DNA from: Sarea resinae
Taxonomy: Eukaryota
Length of the DNA stretch: 64,000 bases
Assembly (NCBI GenBank): GCA_026026165.1
Contig: JAPEUD010000008.1
Location: 310,001-374,000, forward strand
Direction: 5' to 3'
This document shows, in pieces, positions 50,958 through 64,000 of the stretch. How positions within the stretch are numbered: position 1 is the stretch's first letter; the number at the start of each line of letters is the position of its first letter. Position numbers and translations under genes: made by a program. The notes beneath the pieces are model-generated. The model saw only the letters and a list, made by a program, of their open reading frames with translations. It searched no databases and was not told the origin of the DNA.

Positions 50958-51439
50958 ATGTTCGGTCCCTTCCGAGCCACGAACCCGCTCTCGGGTGGTC
51001 TACTATGGTATGCTGCGCCACCCAAATCGGCGAACCCCCCATGGGCAGCGAGACCGTACGGCTAGCTGACATTGGATCTGTAGGAAAATCCCCTGGCGGC
51101 TGTCACGCATGCAAAAGGCGCGCCACCGGAAGCGTCTGCGGGCCGTCGACAACGTTGTCTCGATCGTGGATCAAGCACTGGCGAAGCAAGGTGTCACGAC
51201 TAAAGCGGTCGAGCGATGGAAGAAAGAGATGCCCGCTGAGCAGGACATGCTGCCGAGGGACAAATACACCATCTTCGACCGTAAGGAGAAGAAGTATCGC
51301 AAGGGCATTCACAGTACGTTTTCTCTTTTTGCATCTGCGAGACCGGGGCAGAGAGCTATCATGGGCTGGGCTGATCCTGATGGCAGAGCTACCGAAATGG
51401 ACGAGGCTTTCCCAGCGGGTCAATCCTCCTGGTTTCTAA
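50958..51439 (+). CDS. MRPL31: Mitochondrial ribosomal large-subunit protein L31 (mL60), 3 exons
   Basis: MFGPFRATNPLSGGLLW|KIPWRLSRMQKARHRKRLRAVD..MLPRDKYTIFDRKEKKYRKGIH|KLPKWTRLSQRVNPPGF. Confidence 0.95.
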
Positions 51440-52143
51440 AGGCATGGAGGGGGGTGGAAGAAGTGGGCATGTGTCTGGCACGCTTGTATCATTATTGTAT
51501 TGTCTTTCGGGCACCGTCTAGCATCATGGCGTTCAAATATCATCCACTCGAATTCATTGGACATCTCTGTATACCCCTCGGCCATATGATCTCCCCGTGA
51601 TGTTGCTTACAATGTTCTTTTCCCACATGGCTGCCAGCACGTGATCAAGCGAGATACCGCGTACTTCGTACTCGGATGAGGCGAGGGGAAAGTACGAAGA
51701 TTTGCGTACAAGCAGCCAGCGGTAAATCGGCCTTATCGAGTGCGGGAATTGGACATTTCATAACCTCCATTTCTGATGGTTCCCATCCCCAGTGTTCTTG
51801 CAATCCGACGGCAGACTGAGCCTGCACAGACAACAGACAGCAGACGGCAGACAGTGGAGAGTCCATCCACAGCCGAAACGGGATTAGCTTTCCCTCTCTC
51901 TCTTCCCACGCCCACTTCCACTCCAAATCACCGCCTCCGTTCGGCGGAAGTATTTAACTCCCCTGCCCCCGCCCTCCTTCTCCTCTTCTCTTCTTCTTGT
52001 CACCTTTGCATCTCTCGCAATAGCCATCACCCACCATCACCATCATCATCATCATCATCGACCATCCATCCCATCGACGCGTCTTTCATCTCGGACGTGC
52101 ATCTTCATCACCCATAACATCTTGATACCCATACATCTTCAAG

Positions 52144-52787
<644 letters not shown>

Positions 52788-53752
52788 ACCCGCTATCATC
52801 CTTTCTCCGGCCGCGGTCATATCTGCTCCATCTGCTTGCATCCTGCTCACTGGATCGTTTCTATTATCTGCGCTTCGTCATCATTCGACATGGGCTTTCT
52901 CGCCTCGTACCATTGGCCTCTGACACCAGCATTCGCGTGCGTCTAGACAAACGTCTTTGCGACACTATCGAGGGAACGGAAATGAACACATGGCGAACGA
53001 GGATCCTTTGTTCGAATGATGTCAGCGTGGTTGATGGGCTACCTGAGTGGTGGCGATGTGGTGAAGTCAGCATGTGGAGGAATCGTATCTTGCTTCCTGT
53101 TTCTTTCTCTCTCCTTCTCAACGACCGGCTGGATTCTTCATGATGGGAGGGCTAAAGATGGTTGGGTGGGTTGGGCAAGGCGTTCGTTCTCTTGTTTTGC
53201 TCCTGCGTCGGATTCGCACGCCTTTGGTAGTGTCTGTCTGTGTGTATGCTCTGTAGATCCAATAGCCTAAGAAGCGGGAAATGCAAGCTATCTCTTTTCT
53301 CGATCCATGTGTCAAATTATACGTGCGATTCACTTGATGGAAGAATATGAAATTCGTATTAAATCATGTATTATCGTACAACCCTAATGACTTGGGCCAC
53401 CCCTTTTACATTTTGTCTGTTTCAATATGTCCGACATGTCATACACGATCCGCCTCGACACTTGTGAGAGAGAAAAAACAATACGACCTGGATCGAGCAA
53501 AGAAAAGACTTGAAAGGGCCTTGAATAGTTGCCAAACCTCCACGTTCCACCGTTTTTGCCATTTCCCCGGAATCCCTAAAACGGTCCTTGTTTGGTTCAA
53601 CCACAGCGCGCCCCTCCCTTTACCTTTCTTTACCTTTTCTCCGAGCCCAAACGCGAAATGGATCAAGATGGAAAAAACAAAACGCATTCAATTATTCATC
53701 CACATTCATTTCCACCCACCCACTCACCCACTCACCCGTCCAGCCCCTTCCT

Positions 53753-55451
53753 CTACTCCTTTTTCCAATCCGTCGAATCCTTCGAATAATCCTTCTGCTT
53801 CAAGCCGGCCCCAAGCCCCTGCAGGACCTGGCCCAGCTCCTCGGTCTTCTCGCCCACGTAATCGGCCACGAAATCGGCCGTGTCGCCGGCGCCTTCCTTG
53901 CCGCGGCTCAGGGCCGCGGTCGCGTTCGCCTGGCCGCGGTCGAGGGCGTCCTTGGCGGTCTCGGTCGCCGCGCCCGCCGAGGAGCGCCCGGCCTCGTACG
54001 TCGAGCTCGCCACGGCGGCCGTCTTCCGTTGCGCCGTCGCGGTGGCGTTTTGGGCGTCGGCGGCGCGGGCCCGCGCGCGCGACGCGGCCGAGCGCGCGAG
54101 TCGGAGCACCGAGATGTATAGGCGGACGATCAGCACGTGGATCTGCTCCTTGACGAGCATCGTGATGCCGTGGCCCAGGAAGCCCTTGAGGACTTCGCCG
54201 CCCAGGCCCTCGTAGAGCGCGCCGAGCCCGTCCGTGCGCGCGATCTGGTAGATGCTGAAGAAGATGGTGGAGTGAATGAAAGAGCGCGCTTTGTGGGAGG
54301 CGGTGTGGATGGTGTCTGTGGTGGACGAGGAAGGAGAGGAGGGCGAGATGGAGGAGAGGCTGGCTTTGAGTTTGATCGTCTCGTAGTCTTCTTCTCCTTC
54401 TTCTGCGTCGGCTTCTTGCTTTTCTCCTTTTGGGGTAGTGGTGGCGGGGAGGTCATCGTGAGGAAGGGTGGGGTCGGTCGGGGGGTTGGTTTCGGCCTTG
54501 AGGGTCTGCGCCCGTGCCTTGGCCAGCGAGAACGGATAGGTGATGGCGGAGGCGAGGGCCTTGCTCACGGCGGCGAGGAGAAATGTCGCTCGTGCGGAGG
54601 GAGAGTCGCGCTGGGATTTCGGCAGCAGGATTTTCTTAAAGGACTCGTAGAAAAGGAAGGTCAGGCTCGGGTTCAGCGTCAGGATCAGCGTGGCACTGTA
54701 GCCGGCCCAGAACCCGGCCAGCCCCTTGTCGGCCCGGATCTGCAGCATCATGTCCCTGGTGCTGAGGTCCGGATGGGCGGTCGTGGACGCCGGCCGCGAC
54801 CGCGACGCCACCATGGCCGACGTCTGTTTGCGCGTCACGACTTGCGACATGGGCATGGTGATGAAGCGCGATATAGCGCCGGCGAGGATGCCGACGCCCA
54901 GCTCGTCGACGATGGAGAGGTTGGCGGCGGATCGGGAGCGCTGTTGCTGGCGCTGCTGGCGGAGGAAGTTGTACGCGAGGAAGAAGAGGAACGAGTCCGT
55001 GATGGTTTTGCCCGTGTCCTGGGCGACGCCGGCGTAAAAGGCTGAGAGGCCGCCTTCGCGGGCGTAGATCTTCTGCGCCGCATCTTGAATGCTCCTGTAT
55101 TCTTCTTCTTCGTCATTCTCGCCGCCTTCTGCGTTTTCAGACGACGAAGACGATGACTTCTCCTTTTGGCGGTGTTGCCGCTGCACTTGGAGGCGCGTTA
55201 TCATGAGGCTGAGGGGGTAGACGGAGATGCTGGAGATGGCGCTGCCGATTGAGCCGGCGACGGCGTGGCCGAGGGCGGGGAGCGCTTCGCCGCCGCCCAC
55301 CAGAGCTGGCCCATGGGCTTCCTGGGTGCGGTGGTAGAGCGAGAAGGCATCCTGGGAGCGAACGATTTCGGTCAGACTGGAAAAAAAATAGAAGGTTGAT
55401 TGGCCATGGCTGTGCTTTACTTACTAGCTGGCTGTTGTAGATGTGAGCCAT
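53753..55451 (-). CDS. Mitochondrial-carrier-family protein, Ant1-like peroxisomal adenine nucleotide transporter, with a C-terminal extension (2 exons)
   Basis: MAHIYNSQL|DAFSLYH; three carrier repeats (YPLSLMITRLQV, MPMSQVVTRKQT, YPFSLAKARAQ); GFWAGYSATLILTLNPSLTF; EVLKGFLGHGITM. Confidence 0.88.
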
Positions 55452-56075
55452 AGCTTCGATCGATGACCGTGATGCCGATAACCTAAGGCTTCTGTCGAGG
55501 GGGATGATTGATCATTTCATTCCACAGTGGCCATGGATAAGAATGCCATCTTCTCTCTCGAATCAATGGCACGCTTGAGCAGGGAAGAGGCAAGGGCTCA
55601 AATAGGAAATGGGAATGCGGGGTTGAGAGGTCTTGGGGGAGGGGGCAGCCCATGTGCGAAGTACCAGGGATAATCTGGTAAGGACAGAACAGGCTATCGA
55701 TGATCTCGACCGCTTTGTTTTTCTCACCAGAAACTCATTGGCATATTTAATGCCCCGTTGCACCTAAAGACAAGCAATTCCCTCGACTACGACTGCGCTC
55801 TCTCCGTCCACAAGCGCCGCGGAGGCAAAGCGCTGTGTACAGACGACCAAGACAGACCGAGACATCAAACGTCATGTTCGCTACGCGACAAACGCCGCCT
55901 AAATCATCTACCCCGGATTTCCTGCCCTCGCTTGCTGAACAGCCACACCCGATATGGTAATTGAAGAGCGCAGAGTACATCGATGATCGGACTTCAGTTG
56001 GAAGGGATGCCGTCGTATGTTTATGTTCTTCATGTTCTTCACGTTCTGCACGTTCTGCATCTTCTACATTGGTAT

Positions 56076-56880
56076 CTAACGGAGATTCCGCGCACTTGGA
56101 ACGGCTCCATCTCCAACAGTGGCATTTCCGTCCACGGTCTGCTGCAGTGACTCGTCTCCTGTCCACTCCGTGATCACCTCAGCAGGGACGTCTCTCACAA
56201 GCACATGCATGTGCTCTAGACCGCGCACGCTCTGGAGAGCCGCCCAGTTCTTGAACCATTGCACTCGATCCTCGGTCAATCCTCTTCGAGCCAGGTCATC
56301 TACGAATGTCCTCTGAATGAATTTCTCCAGAATCGCCTTGGAAGCCGGGGTGAGATCACCCGTGAGCGGGTCCGTGGGGATCGGCACCTTGAGCCACACC
56401 ACTAGATGAGTGATGTCCGGCGTGAACCCGTACGGCCAATCGTTGCGAAGGATCTTGTAGTCATCCGGGTCTGCAAAGGGAGTCAGGTCGTTGAAATCAA
56501 AGACTGGTTCGCGGCCCGAGCCCAGCGGCTGCCGTGGCTGCCAGCATAGACGACGTAGACAGATGAAGTTGGAGATGGTCCCGTACGCGGCCTGGGTTTC
56601 TTGCGACCATTGGATATAGCGGACGAGGTCGGACGGTTTGCGTTTTAAGATGCCAAGATCGTTATCAGCTGTGGCACCGCATCGATCAGTACTCTACCGT
56701 GCCAGCCAGCGGGAGAAGGAGGAGACGATCGCGAATCAGCTACGGTACCGTACCGATGATCTGCTTCAAGTCGCCCCATGTATGGAGATGGAATTGGTCG
56801 TCGGTCTGGGCAAGAACCTCGCGATCTGCATCGTTGAGTTCGAAGGGGGGAGGACCAAGTGGTGGTGACGGTGAAGCCAT
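56076..56880 (-). CDS. DUF3605 / GlcNAc-induced protein Gig1-like, HIT-like fold (2 exons)
   Basis: FHLHTWGDLKQII|ADNDLGILKRKPSDLVRYIQW, DYKILRNDWPYGFTPDITHLVVWLK, WFKNWAALQSVRGLEHMHVLVR. Confidence 0.9.
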
Positions 56881-57840
56881 GACATCTCAGTCATCAGTCA
56901 TCAGTCGAGTCGAACGAATGTCCAATTCCAAATGCCAAGTCTCGACTCCGTCTCCAGTGCTACTGCTGTGTACTACGGAGTACGAGGTACGGAGTACCTA
57001 TTCTGGTCTCGGCAGATGGATCCAATCCATGTTTGGTCCAAGTTATGCAAACCTTGGCAGACGAGTGACCTCTCAAGGTCCTGTCGCTTCCGTCACAGTA
57101 GGTAATCATCATCTCTTCGTTTTCCAACTTACTGCCATCCATGGATAGGTACCACTACAATTGGTATACCTAGGTATGATGGCCATGTCCACCTACACGA
57201 CGATGGGCCATGGACTTGATGGGTGTGATGATGTGATGATTTGACGATCGAGTCTCGCAGGAGCAGTAGCAGCCCTCGAGTCACTTCTATCATCTATTTG
57301 TGCAGTAGTACGAACAAGGCAGGAGTGTACTCGTTATGATTGTACGGTGTACTCCGTACGCTGTACCTTGCGAGTGTCACTCGTGCTGGTACGGCTCTGT
57401 CTGGACGGGATAGAGTACTCCGTACCTGGAATTTGCCAAATCTGATTGGCGATCCTCTCTGTTCCTCGCGTTGGTCATCCGAGCTCTCCCATCATCATCG
57501 TCGTCTTCATCAAACCACGACTCCGTACCTCCTTCGTCCCTACCACCAATACCATACCCAGAGCACTCCTCCTCGGGCTCGCCCACGCCGGATCTTCAAT
57601 TCCCATCTCTCCTCCGGTGCAGCTCCTCCTTCCCACCATCTGCACGCCGGCACCGCACGAGCACGACATCGTCCGGCGACTCCGGACTCTCCATTGCGTT
57701 CAGGCCAAGAGAGGGCCGGAGTCTAAGAGGAGCATCACCCTGGGAGCGGTACGGCGATACAGCGACACAAGACGCAGTGACTGGACTTTCCCTGGTCTGG
57801 TCGGGTCTCTTCCTGTCGACACATGCTGTACAATCTCGAT

Positions 57841-60758
57841 ATGCCATCGTTCCTGAGTGATGACCTAGGCTTTTCCGACGCCGCTGGAGCGCCCGACGGC
57901 TACGATAGGTCCGCCCGCTCGTCGCCGGATAAGAGATCGATGCAAGCGAGGGATTCGACAGAACGGAGGAGAAACACGCTCACCAGCAACGGTGCCAACG
58001 GCTACAAGCAACCGGATGGCATCTTCACGAATGGGGTCAATTCCAGTATAGATTCCTTGCCGAACGGTGGACTAGGGACCAGCAATTACAACCCCTCGAA
58101 AGACCGTCTGGCCCCAGGCAGTCCGTACTCTAGTATAAGCAGTCGAGGGCGGCCTGCAGATGATAGCACAAGATCTCCGAGGAATTCTGTTAGCAACGGC
58201 ACAGTGAAGCAGGATGGGCAGAACGGTTCCTACTTTTCTACCATGACAAACGGTGCTACGACGCAATCAACACCACCGCTCTCTCCGGAATTACGAGCGA
58301 CCACCGATGGCTCGGCGAGCAGTACTACTCAGCCGAAGACCTCCTCATCCCCCAGATCATCCTTTACGGGTACCGTAACCTCTACTGGCACCAATCTTGC
58401 CCGAACACCGACTCACGACCCCGCGAACCTGCACCCGGCGTCTTCTCCACCGAATAGGTACTCGTCTCCAGCTAAATTTAATGCCCCTCATCCGTCGTCG
58501 AATCTCTCATTAATCCCATCCCCCCAACATCCTGGAGCAGCCCAATTGCAACAACGTCATACTCTCCAAGTGCCAAAGATTACGCCGCCTCGAAATTCCC
58601 GTGACTCGTCAACGTCCAATCCCATCCATCCAGATGATCTCTCGTCGGCCAGTGGGCGATTCTCACCAACGGTTGTGTCCGGGACGAGACGGGCGTCCAT
58701 GTCTCTTTCTAGGAGGATGACACGATCAATCCATTCAGATATGCGTCTCGAAGATATACCGCAAGACGACGATGCCGCGCGGTGGGCCGACGCCATCAGG
58801 GCGAAGAGAGCAAGCAAACGAAAGAAAAAGGAAGAAGAGGACGAAGATCGAGTGGTAGTCGGAACGAAAGTCGACCAGAACCACGTGAATTGGGTGACGG
58901 CCTACAATATGTTGACCGGTATCCGATTCACAGTCTCGAGAACCAACGCAAAGATGGATCGAGAACTCACCGATGCGGACTTTGACGCCAAGCACAAGTT
59001 CTCTTTCGACATGTAAGTCCCACTTCGCTTTCATCCTCGGGTATCAATTCATCGAAGCTCACGATTGGCAGTACCGGGAATGAGTTGACGCCGTCAGCGA
59101 AATACGACTTCAAGTTCAAGGACTACGCACCTTGGGTTTTCCGCCATCTGCGTGCCAAGTTTAAACTGGATCCAGCAGACTACTTGATGTCCCTCACCAG
59201 CAAATACATCCTGTCGGAACTTGGATCCCCAGGGAAGAGCGGGAGCTTTTTTTACTTCTCACGCGACTACAAGTACATCATCAAAACCATTCACCACGCC
59301 GAACACAAATTTCTTCGAAAAATTCTGCGCGACTACTATCAGCACGTGCAGGATAATCCAAACACTCTCTTGTCACAATTCTACGGATTACATCGGGTCA
59401 AGATTCCTTACGGCAGGAAGCTCCATTTTGTCGTGATGAACAACCTTTTCCCAGCGCATCGTGACATTCATCAGACTTTTGATCTGAAAGGATCCACGAT
59501 CGGGAGAGACTTCAAGGAAGAAGACTTGGAGAAGAACCCTCGCGCAACCTTGAAGGACCTCAACTGGCTCCGTCGCGATCTGCACCTGGAGTTTGGGCCC
59601 ACGAAAAAGCAGGCCTTCGTGACTCAAATGGAAAGAGATGTCAAGCTTCTGCAACGGTTGAAAATCATGGACTATTCTCTTCTTGTCGGCATCCATGACC
59701 TGACCAAGGGCAACGAAGAGAATCTTAGAGATAAGACTCTCCAAATCTTCCAGCCCGGTGGGGACAGATTAGAGGAACCGCAGCAGAACATGCTGCTGCG
59801 GACACCCTCGAAGCTCGAAAACGCAAGGAAGGCCAGAGAACTACGGCAGATTATCAAGCGAGAGAAGCCGGTGCCCATGGATCAGAGTTCGAGCAAAATG
59901 CCCGACGAGATGTTGGAGGAACGCAAATATTTCTATTTCTACAGCGACGATGGAGGTTTCCGAGCCACTCATGAAGATGATCGGCCAGGACAGGAGATCT
60001 ACTATCTTGGCATCATCGATTGCTTGACCAACGTAAGTTTCCTTTGGGTCCTAGACTCTTGATCTGGCTAATTGTATCAGTATGGGGTTGTCAAGAAAAG
60101 TGAGCACTTCCTGAAAGGCCTATCACACAACAAGTCTCAAATCTCCCCGATTCCTCCTGAGGGCTATGGCGACCGGTTCATCAAGTTCATCACTGGCATC
60201 ACAAAGACCAAGGAGGAAGCAGAGCGAGAGAAATTGGGACTCAATCAGCCCGACGGCTCTCTCGACATCGCTAGGCACTCTGACCAAGGATATCAGCGCA
60301 CGTCAATAGAACAGGTCATGGCCAAGGCAGAGAAAATGGCAGAGAAGAGCAAGAGACATGGCCCGCCCGAGGAGGATAGACTGGATCGAACCTTGGTCGC
60401 CGTTCGTAGTCCTTCACTCGAACGAACAAACGGTGCCACAGGATCCGTCCTGCCGATTGTAGAAGAAGCTGGAGAGGGCGGCAGCAGTGGGAGCAGGAGC
60501 CAGAATGGGAGCACGGTGAATGAGCAGGGTGATGGCAACACGAGTGGTCGGGGTAACAGTCTGATTATAGACAATCCCCATGTGTTTTCCGATAAAGTTG
60601 GTAGCAAACCCCCGCCAACGCCCCCGAAGGATGCCACGGGACACGATAAAGAGGTGCCGTATCCGCCTCGGTCATCCTCTCTGTATGGTCCTCCATCGCC
60701 GGTCGAGCCCACCGGTCCAGAAGACATGAAGTCGAAAATGGCGAGAGCCTTTGCTTAG
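57841..60758 (+). CDS. MSS4: Phosphatidylinositol-4-phosphate 5-kinase Mss4 (3 exons)
   Basis: HVNWVTAYNMLTGIRF, YDFKFKDYAPWVFR, SPGKSGSFFY, FVVMNN, FDLKGS, MDYSLLVG, YYLGIIDCLT. Confidence 0.98.
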
Positions 60759-61883
60759 TGTTGCATCGGCAGATTCATTCAATCACATCCGCTGTAAAGC
60801 TACGCCCTGCAACCAACCATCTTTTCCTCTTTGCGGTTTCGGAATTCTTTTTTGATTAAGGCGTTCTCTCCGGTACTCCGCCGCATCTGAGTACCATCGC
60901 ATATACAACATCATCTTGTGGGCGTCACATCCTCGTCGGCACTTCAATGCCTTTACCCTTCTCCGCCTCGCGTTCCTTTCCATCAGTCACTTGTAGGCCT
61001 GCCTTGCCGCTCTGGTCTGCCTTTCCTTCACGGGAGCCTGGCTGCCTATGACATACCACAGTGCCTCTACAGACATTTCCTTGACTGAGACTCATTCGGT
61101 CTGTTATCTGCTATTGTTCGATTCCGTGTCTTCGCGTCGCATTATACCACGCATGCATCTTGTTCTGTTGTCGATGATCAGTCTATACATAGAACAGAGA
61201 ACAGGGCAGATCGTCTTCGCTCTCGATCTCGTCTGACCTTTCCTTGGACCGTACACATTCCCTTCATCTTTCCTTATCCTCACGCGACAGCTCCGATGGC
61301 GACAGAAGTGGGTCACTGGATGACCTTTACTATCTCGACTCATTGCTGCGCTCTCCTTCGTCTAGGTCTTGGCCATTTCTTCTTTTCGCATTCAACTCAC
61401 AAGCGTTTCAATGCTTCCTGTATATAGGATACGTAGATCAAGCAAGCAAGCAAGTGAGCAAAGCCCGGGTCGATCGGGCTAGCTAATTACCACGAAAATT
61501 GCAAACGTCGCGCTCTCCCACGTCTCCCAAACTTTGTAGTGTTTAGTGGAGGGCAGGAGGAGTCTGACCAGCTTCAGGCTTCTGTCTCTTGTTCGATGGC
61601 GTTTGGCAGTCGTAGAAAGAATGAGGCAGGCAACTACAAGTCGGTAGCCCAATTCTCGGCTTCCTGACACGCGCGACGCGATACGCGTTACGGGAAGTCG
61701 CGGGACGGCCTCAAGTATCGAATACACGCTACCAGCTGACAACTTGACGCATGTTCAAGGTAGTCGAAACAACAACAGCAACGACCTTATTGCTGTGCCT
61801 CAGAAACTTTGAATGCTAGTGATCAACACTTCCCGTCCTACTTCTGGAGACAATTCGGTGCTTTTCATCCGTCTGGTATTGCC

Positions 61884-63254
61884 ATGTTCTCGGCTCCTCA
61901 GATACCTCAGTCAAGCACGCAAAGGAGGTGAGATTTGATGGCGAACATCTCTTTGCGACCAGAGCTGACCTCCATGCCTCGCGGAAGAGCAAGCATCAAA
62001 ACTTATTCATCACGCCAAAGCCGGCGCATCTCTCGAGATGATACCGAGCCGTTGCAGAAGAAGAGACGCGTTTCCGACAATGACGAGAATAGCGATGCAG
62101 AAGTAGACGAGACACACGGTCCTGAAGGGCCGCGACTGGGACAGCGGACGAGTTCGTCTACGACTTCATCGAGTCCACCGCCCAAAGCCTCTGCGATCTT
62201 CTCCTCGGATGCGGTGGCCACCGAAGACGATGAAACGCCACCGTCTTCACCGCCCCAGCATGCTATCCCACCACCTCGTAAGGTCCGAAGGCCTAGAGGA
62301 TTGATGTCCAGACGCAAGCATACAACGACAACGACAGCCAATGCGCTTCCAAATCAAGTTCGATCACCACTGGGAGGCGCAAGTGGCAACGCTACGACTA
62401 CGAAACCGACCCCGTCGCGCAAGAAGGTCCGGCTCACTCAGATGCAGATTGATCTCGGGGGAGACGTTCGAAAAGCATGCAAGACGTGTGGGATGGATTA
62501 CGTACCTTCGAATGCGGAAGATGCGGCCCTGCACAAGAAGTTCCATGCCATCAACACCGGGGGGGTCGATTTTGGGAAACTGCTCGGGACGGGCCGCAGC
62601 GGGGTCAGAAAGGTCTGGGAGAGCTCAAGGGCAGGGGGAGAGGGCGCTGGCTTTGTGATGGTCGTGGATCGGGCCAGTCCGGCCGCATACAAGCAACGAA
62701 CGAGGCAGGTCCTGGAGGTCGTCAACACCGAGCTTTCCGCGGTGGCCATCAACCACGAGAGATGGACCAGGGTTGGTGGAAAGACTAGCGCAGGAAACAC
62801 GAGCAGAGATGTCCCGGACCACGGCAACAACAGCTCGGCTCAAACGACGCTCGACAAGGAAGATCGATTCCAAGTCTATCTCTACATCGAAGGCGAGAAG
62901 TGCATCGGGCTCTGTCTGGCCGAGAGTATTTCCGAAGCTTTCAAAGTGACAAAAGACGAAAGCGGCCCCAGCCTCCCCGTATCAGCCGCCGCGCCGTCAA
63001 GGAGTTCCTCCATCTCGGTCAGCAGACACGCCGACCCTGCGCTTCTGGGCATCTCTCGCATCTGGACGTCGCACTCTCATCGTCGAAAGGGCATCGGCAT
63101 CACACTGCTGGATTGCGTGCGTAACAGCTTCATCTACGCCATGCAGATCCCCAAGGACATGGTGGCGTTCAGCCAGCCTACGGAGAGCGGGGGCCGGCTG
63201 GCGGAGAAGTGGTTCGGTGCTACGACAGGCTGGCACGTGTATATGGAGCGTTGA
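61884..63254 (+). CDS. ECO1: Cohesin acetyltransferase Eco1 (probable exons 61884-61927 and 61988-63254; alternative start ATG 61974)
   Basis: QMQIDLG PIP-like box, C2H2 finger CKTCGMDY..DAALHKKFH, GNAT motifs LGISRIWT..RRKGIG..LLD and AFSQPTESG; GTGAGA..CTGAC..AAG intron joins in frame. Confidence 0.95.
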
Positions 63255-63475
63255 TGATAACGAGGTGGGCGATGGGCGATGGGCAATGGGCAATGGGGAA
63301 TAGGCGTCGGGCGTCTCTTTCGGCCTCTCTTCTGGAGCTTTTCACTTTGCTTCTCCTCGGGCGTCGGGGCATCTTGAATACCTCCTCACTTTTGCGAGCT
63401 CCTTTCTTTCCTCGTATCATGTTCGACGGTACCAGTAGAGGTTTCAAAAGGCATCCATCATGCATACCTCCCCAC

Positions 63476-63822
63476 CGCGCCATACCCCAGCTCAACAGAA
63501 CAGAATCAACAGAATCAACAGAATCAACAAAACGCCAAAAACGGTGATCTAACCAGAGTGACTCTTGTAGTATGTATAGGCTATCTGATGCCGCATCGAT
63601 GCCACCACCACCACCACCACCACCACAACAACCTAGAAGGCTGAGACTAGATGGATAGTCATAGGTGATTTGTTTTTGTTTGTTTTTTTTCCATTGTCTG
63701 TCACCCAACATGCACATGCACATACACATACACATACACATACGGCCGCATAGCTATAACTCTAAAACTATAGCCATAGCCAGAGCCGTAACTATAACCA
63801 TAGCCATAGCCAGCCAGCCAGC
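63476..63822 (+). repeat. Cluster of simple repeats: (ACAGAATCA)n, (CCA)n, (CATACA)n, (TAGCCA)n, (GCCA)n
   Basis: Directly visible tandem arrays downstream of ECO1. Confidence 0.9.
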
Positions 63823-64000
63823 CAGGAGAGGGGTGAGGTGGGGTGCAGATGACGAAAACCTAACATCTGGATCGATCTCGTCCGCTTTCCCCCTCCCCCT
63901 CTTTTCCCCCACCAACCCCCTCGGCGTACGTCGCTTGTAGGTAGGTACGTACATACATGCAAGTCGGCGAGTTTTTACACGCTGCGATAGCGGTTGGATA

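Overview
Eukaryotic, intron-containing, gene-dense fungal DNA. Gene content and the GT-AG introns with CTRAY branch sites point to a filamentous ascomycete (Pezizomycotina). About 20 protein-coding genes were rebuilt by hand across introns, in this order: TLG2 syntaxin, calmodulin, Mediator Med20, a GH47 alpha-1,2-mannosidase, an equilibrative nucleoside transporter, haspin kinase, an Mdl1-type mitochondrial ABC half-transporter, CDC37, two hypothetical proteins, a ~1630-aa Ala/Ser-repeat She10-like protein ending RDEL, a cytosolic-type MetRS, the DOA10 RING-CH ligase, a small hypothetical, TRS20, MRPL31, a solo histone H4, an Ant1-like carrier, a DUF3605/Gig1 protein, MSS4 and ECO1. There is no intact transposon, CRISPR, rRNA or biosynthetic cluster. 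Five signals are not explained by these genes. (1) A complete RNA polymerase III unit at ~14809-15105 (-), with TATA, A box, B box and T-run terminators, giving a ~260-nt structured transcript that is not a tRNA and that I cannot assign. (2) A MetRS with substitutions in motifs shared by yeast and human, suggesting a divergent paralogue. (3) A dispersed family of TAC-N(1-6)-GTA motifs and palindromes in promoter regions that resemble Tc1/mariner footprints. (4) Microsatellite islands at some gene 3' ends, flanked by exons with very high third-position GC. (5) The repeat architecture of the large ER protein. All calls were made by eye; no database search was run.
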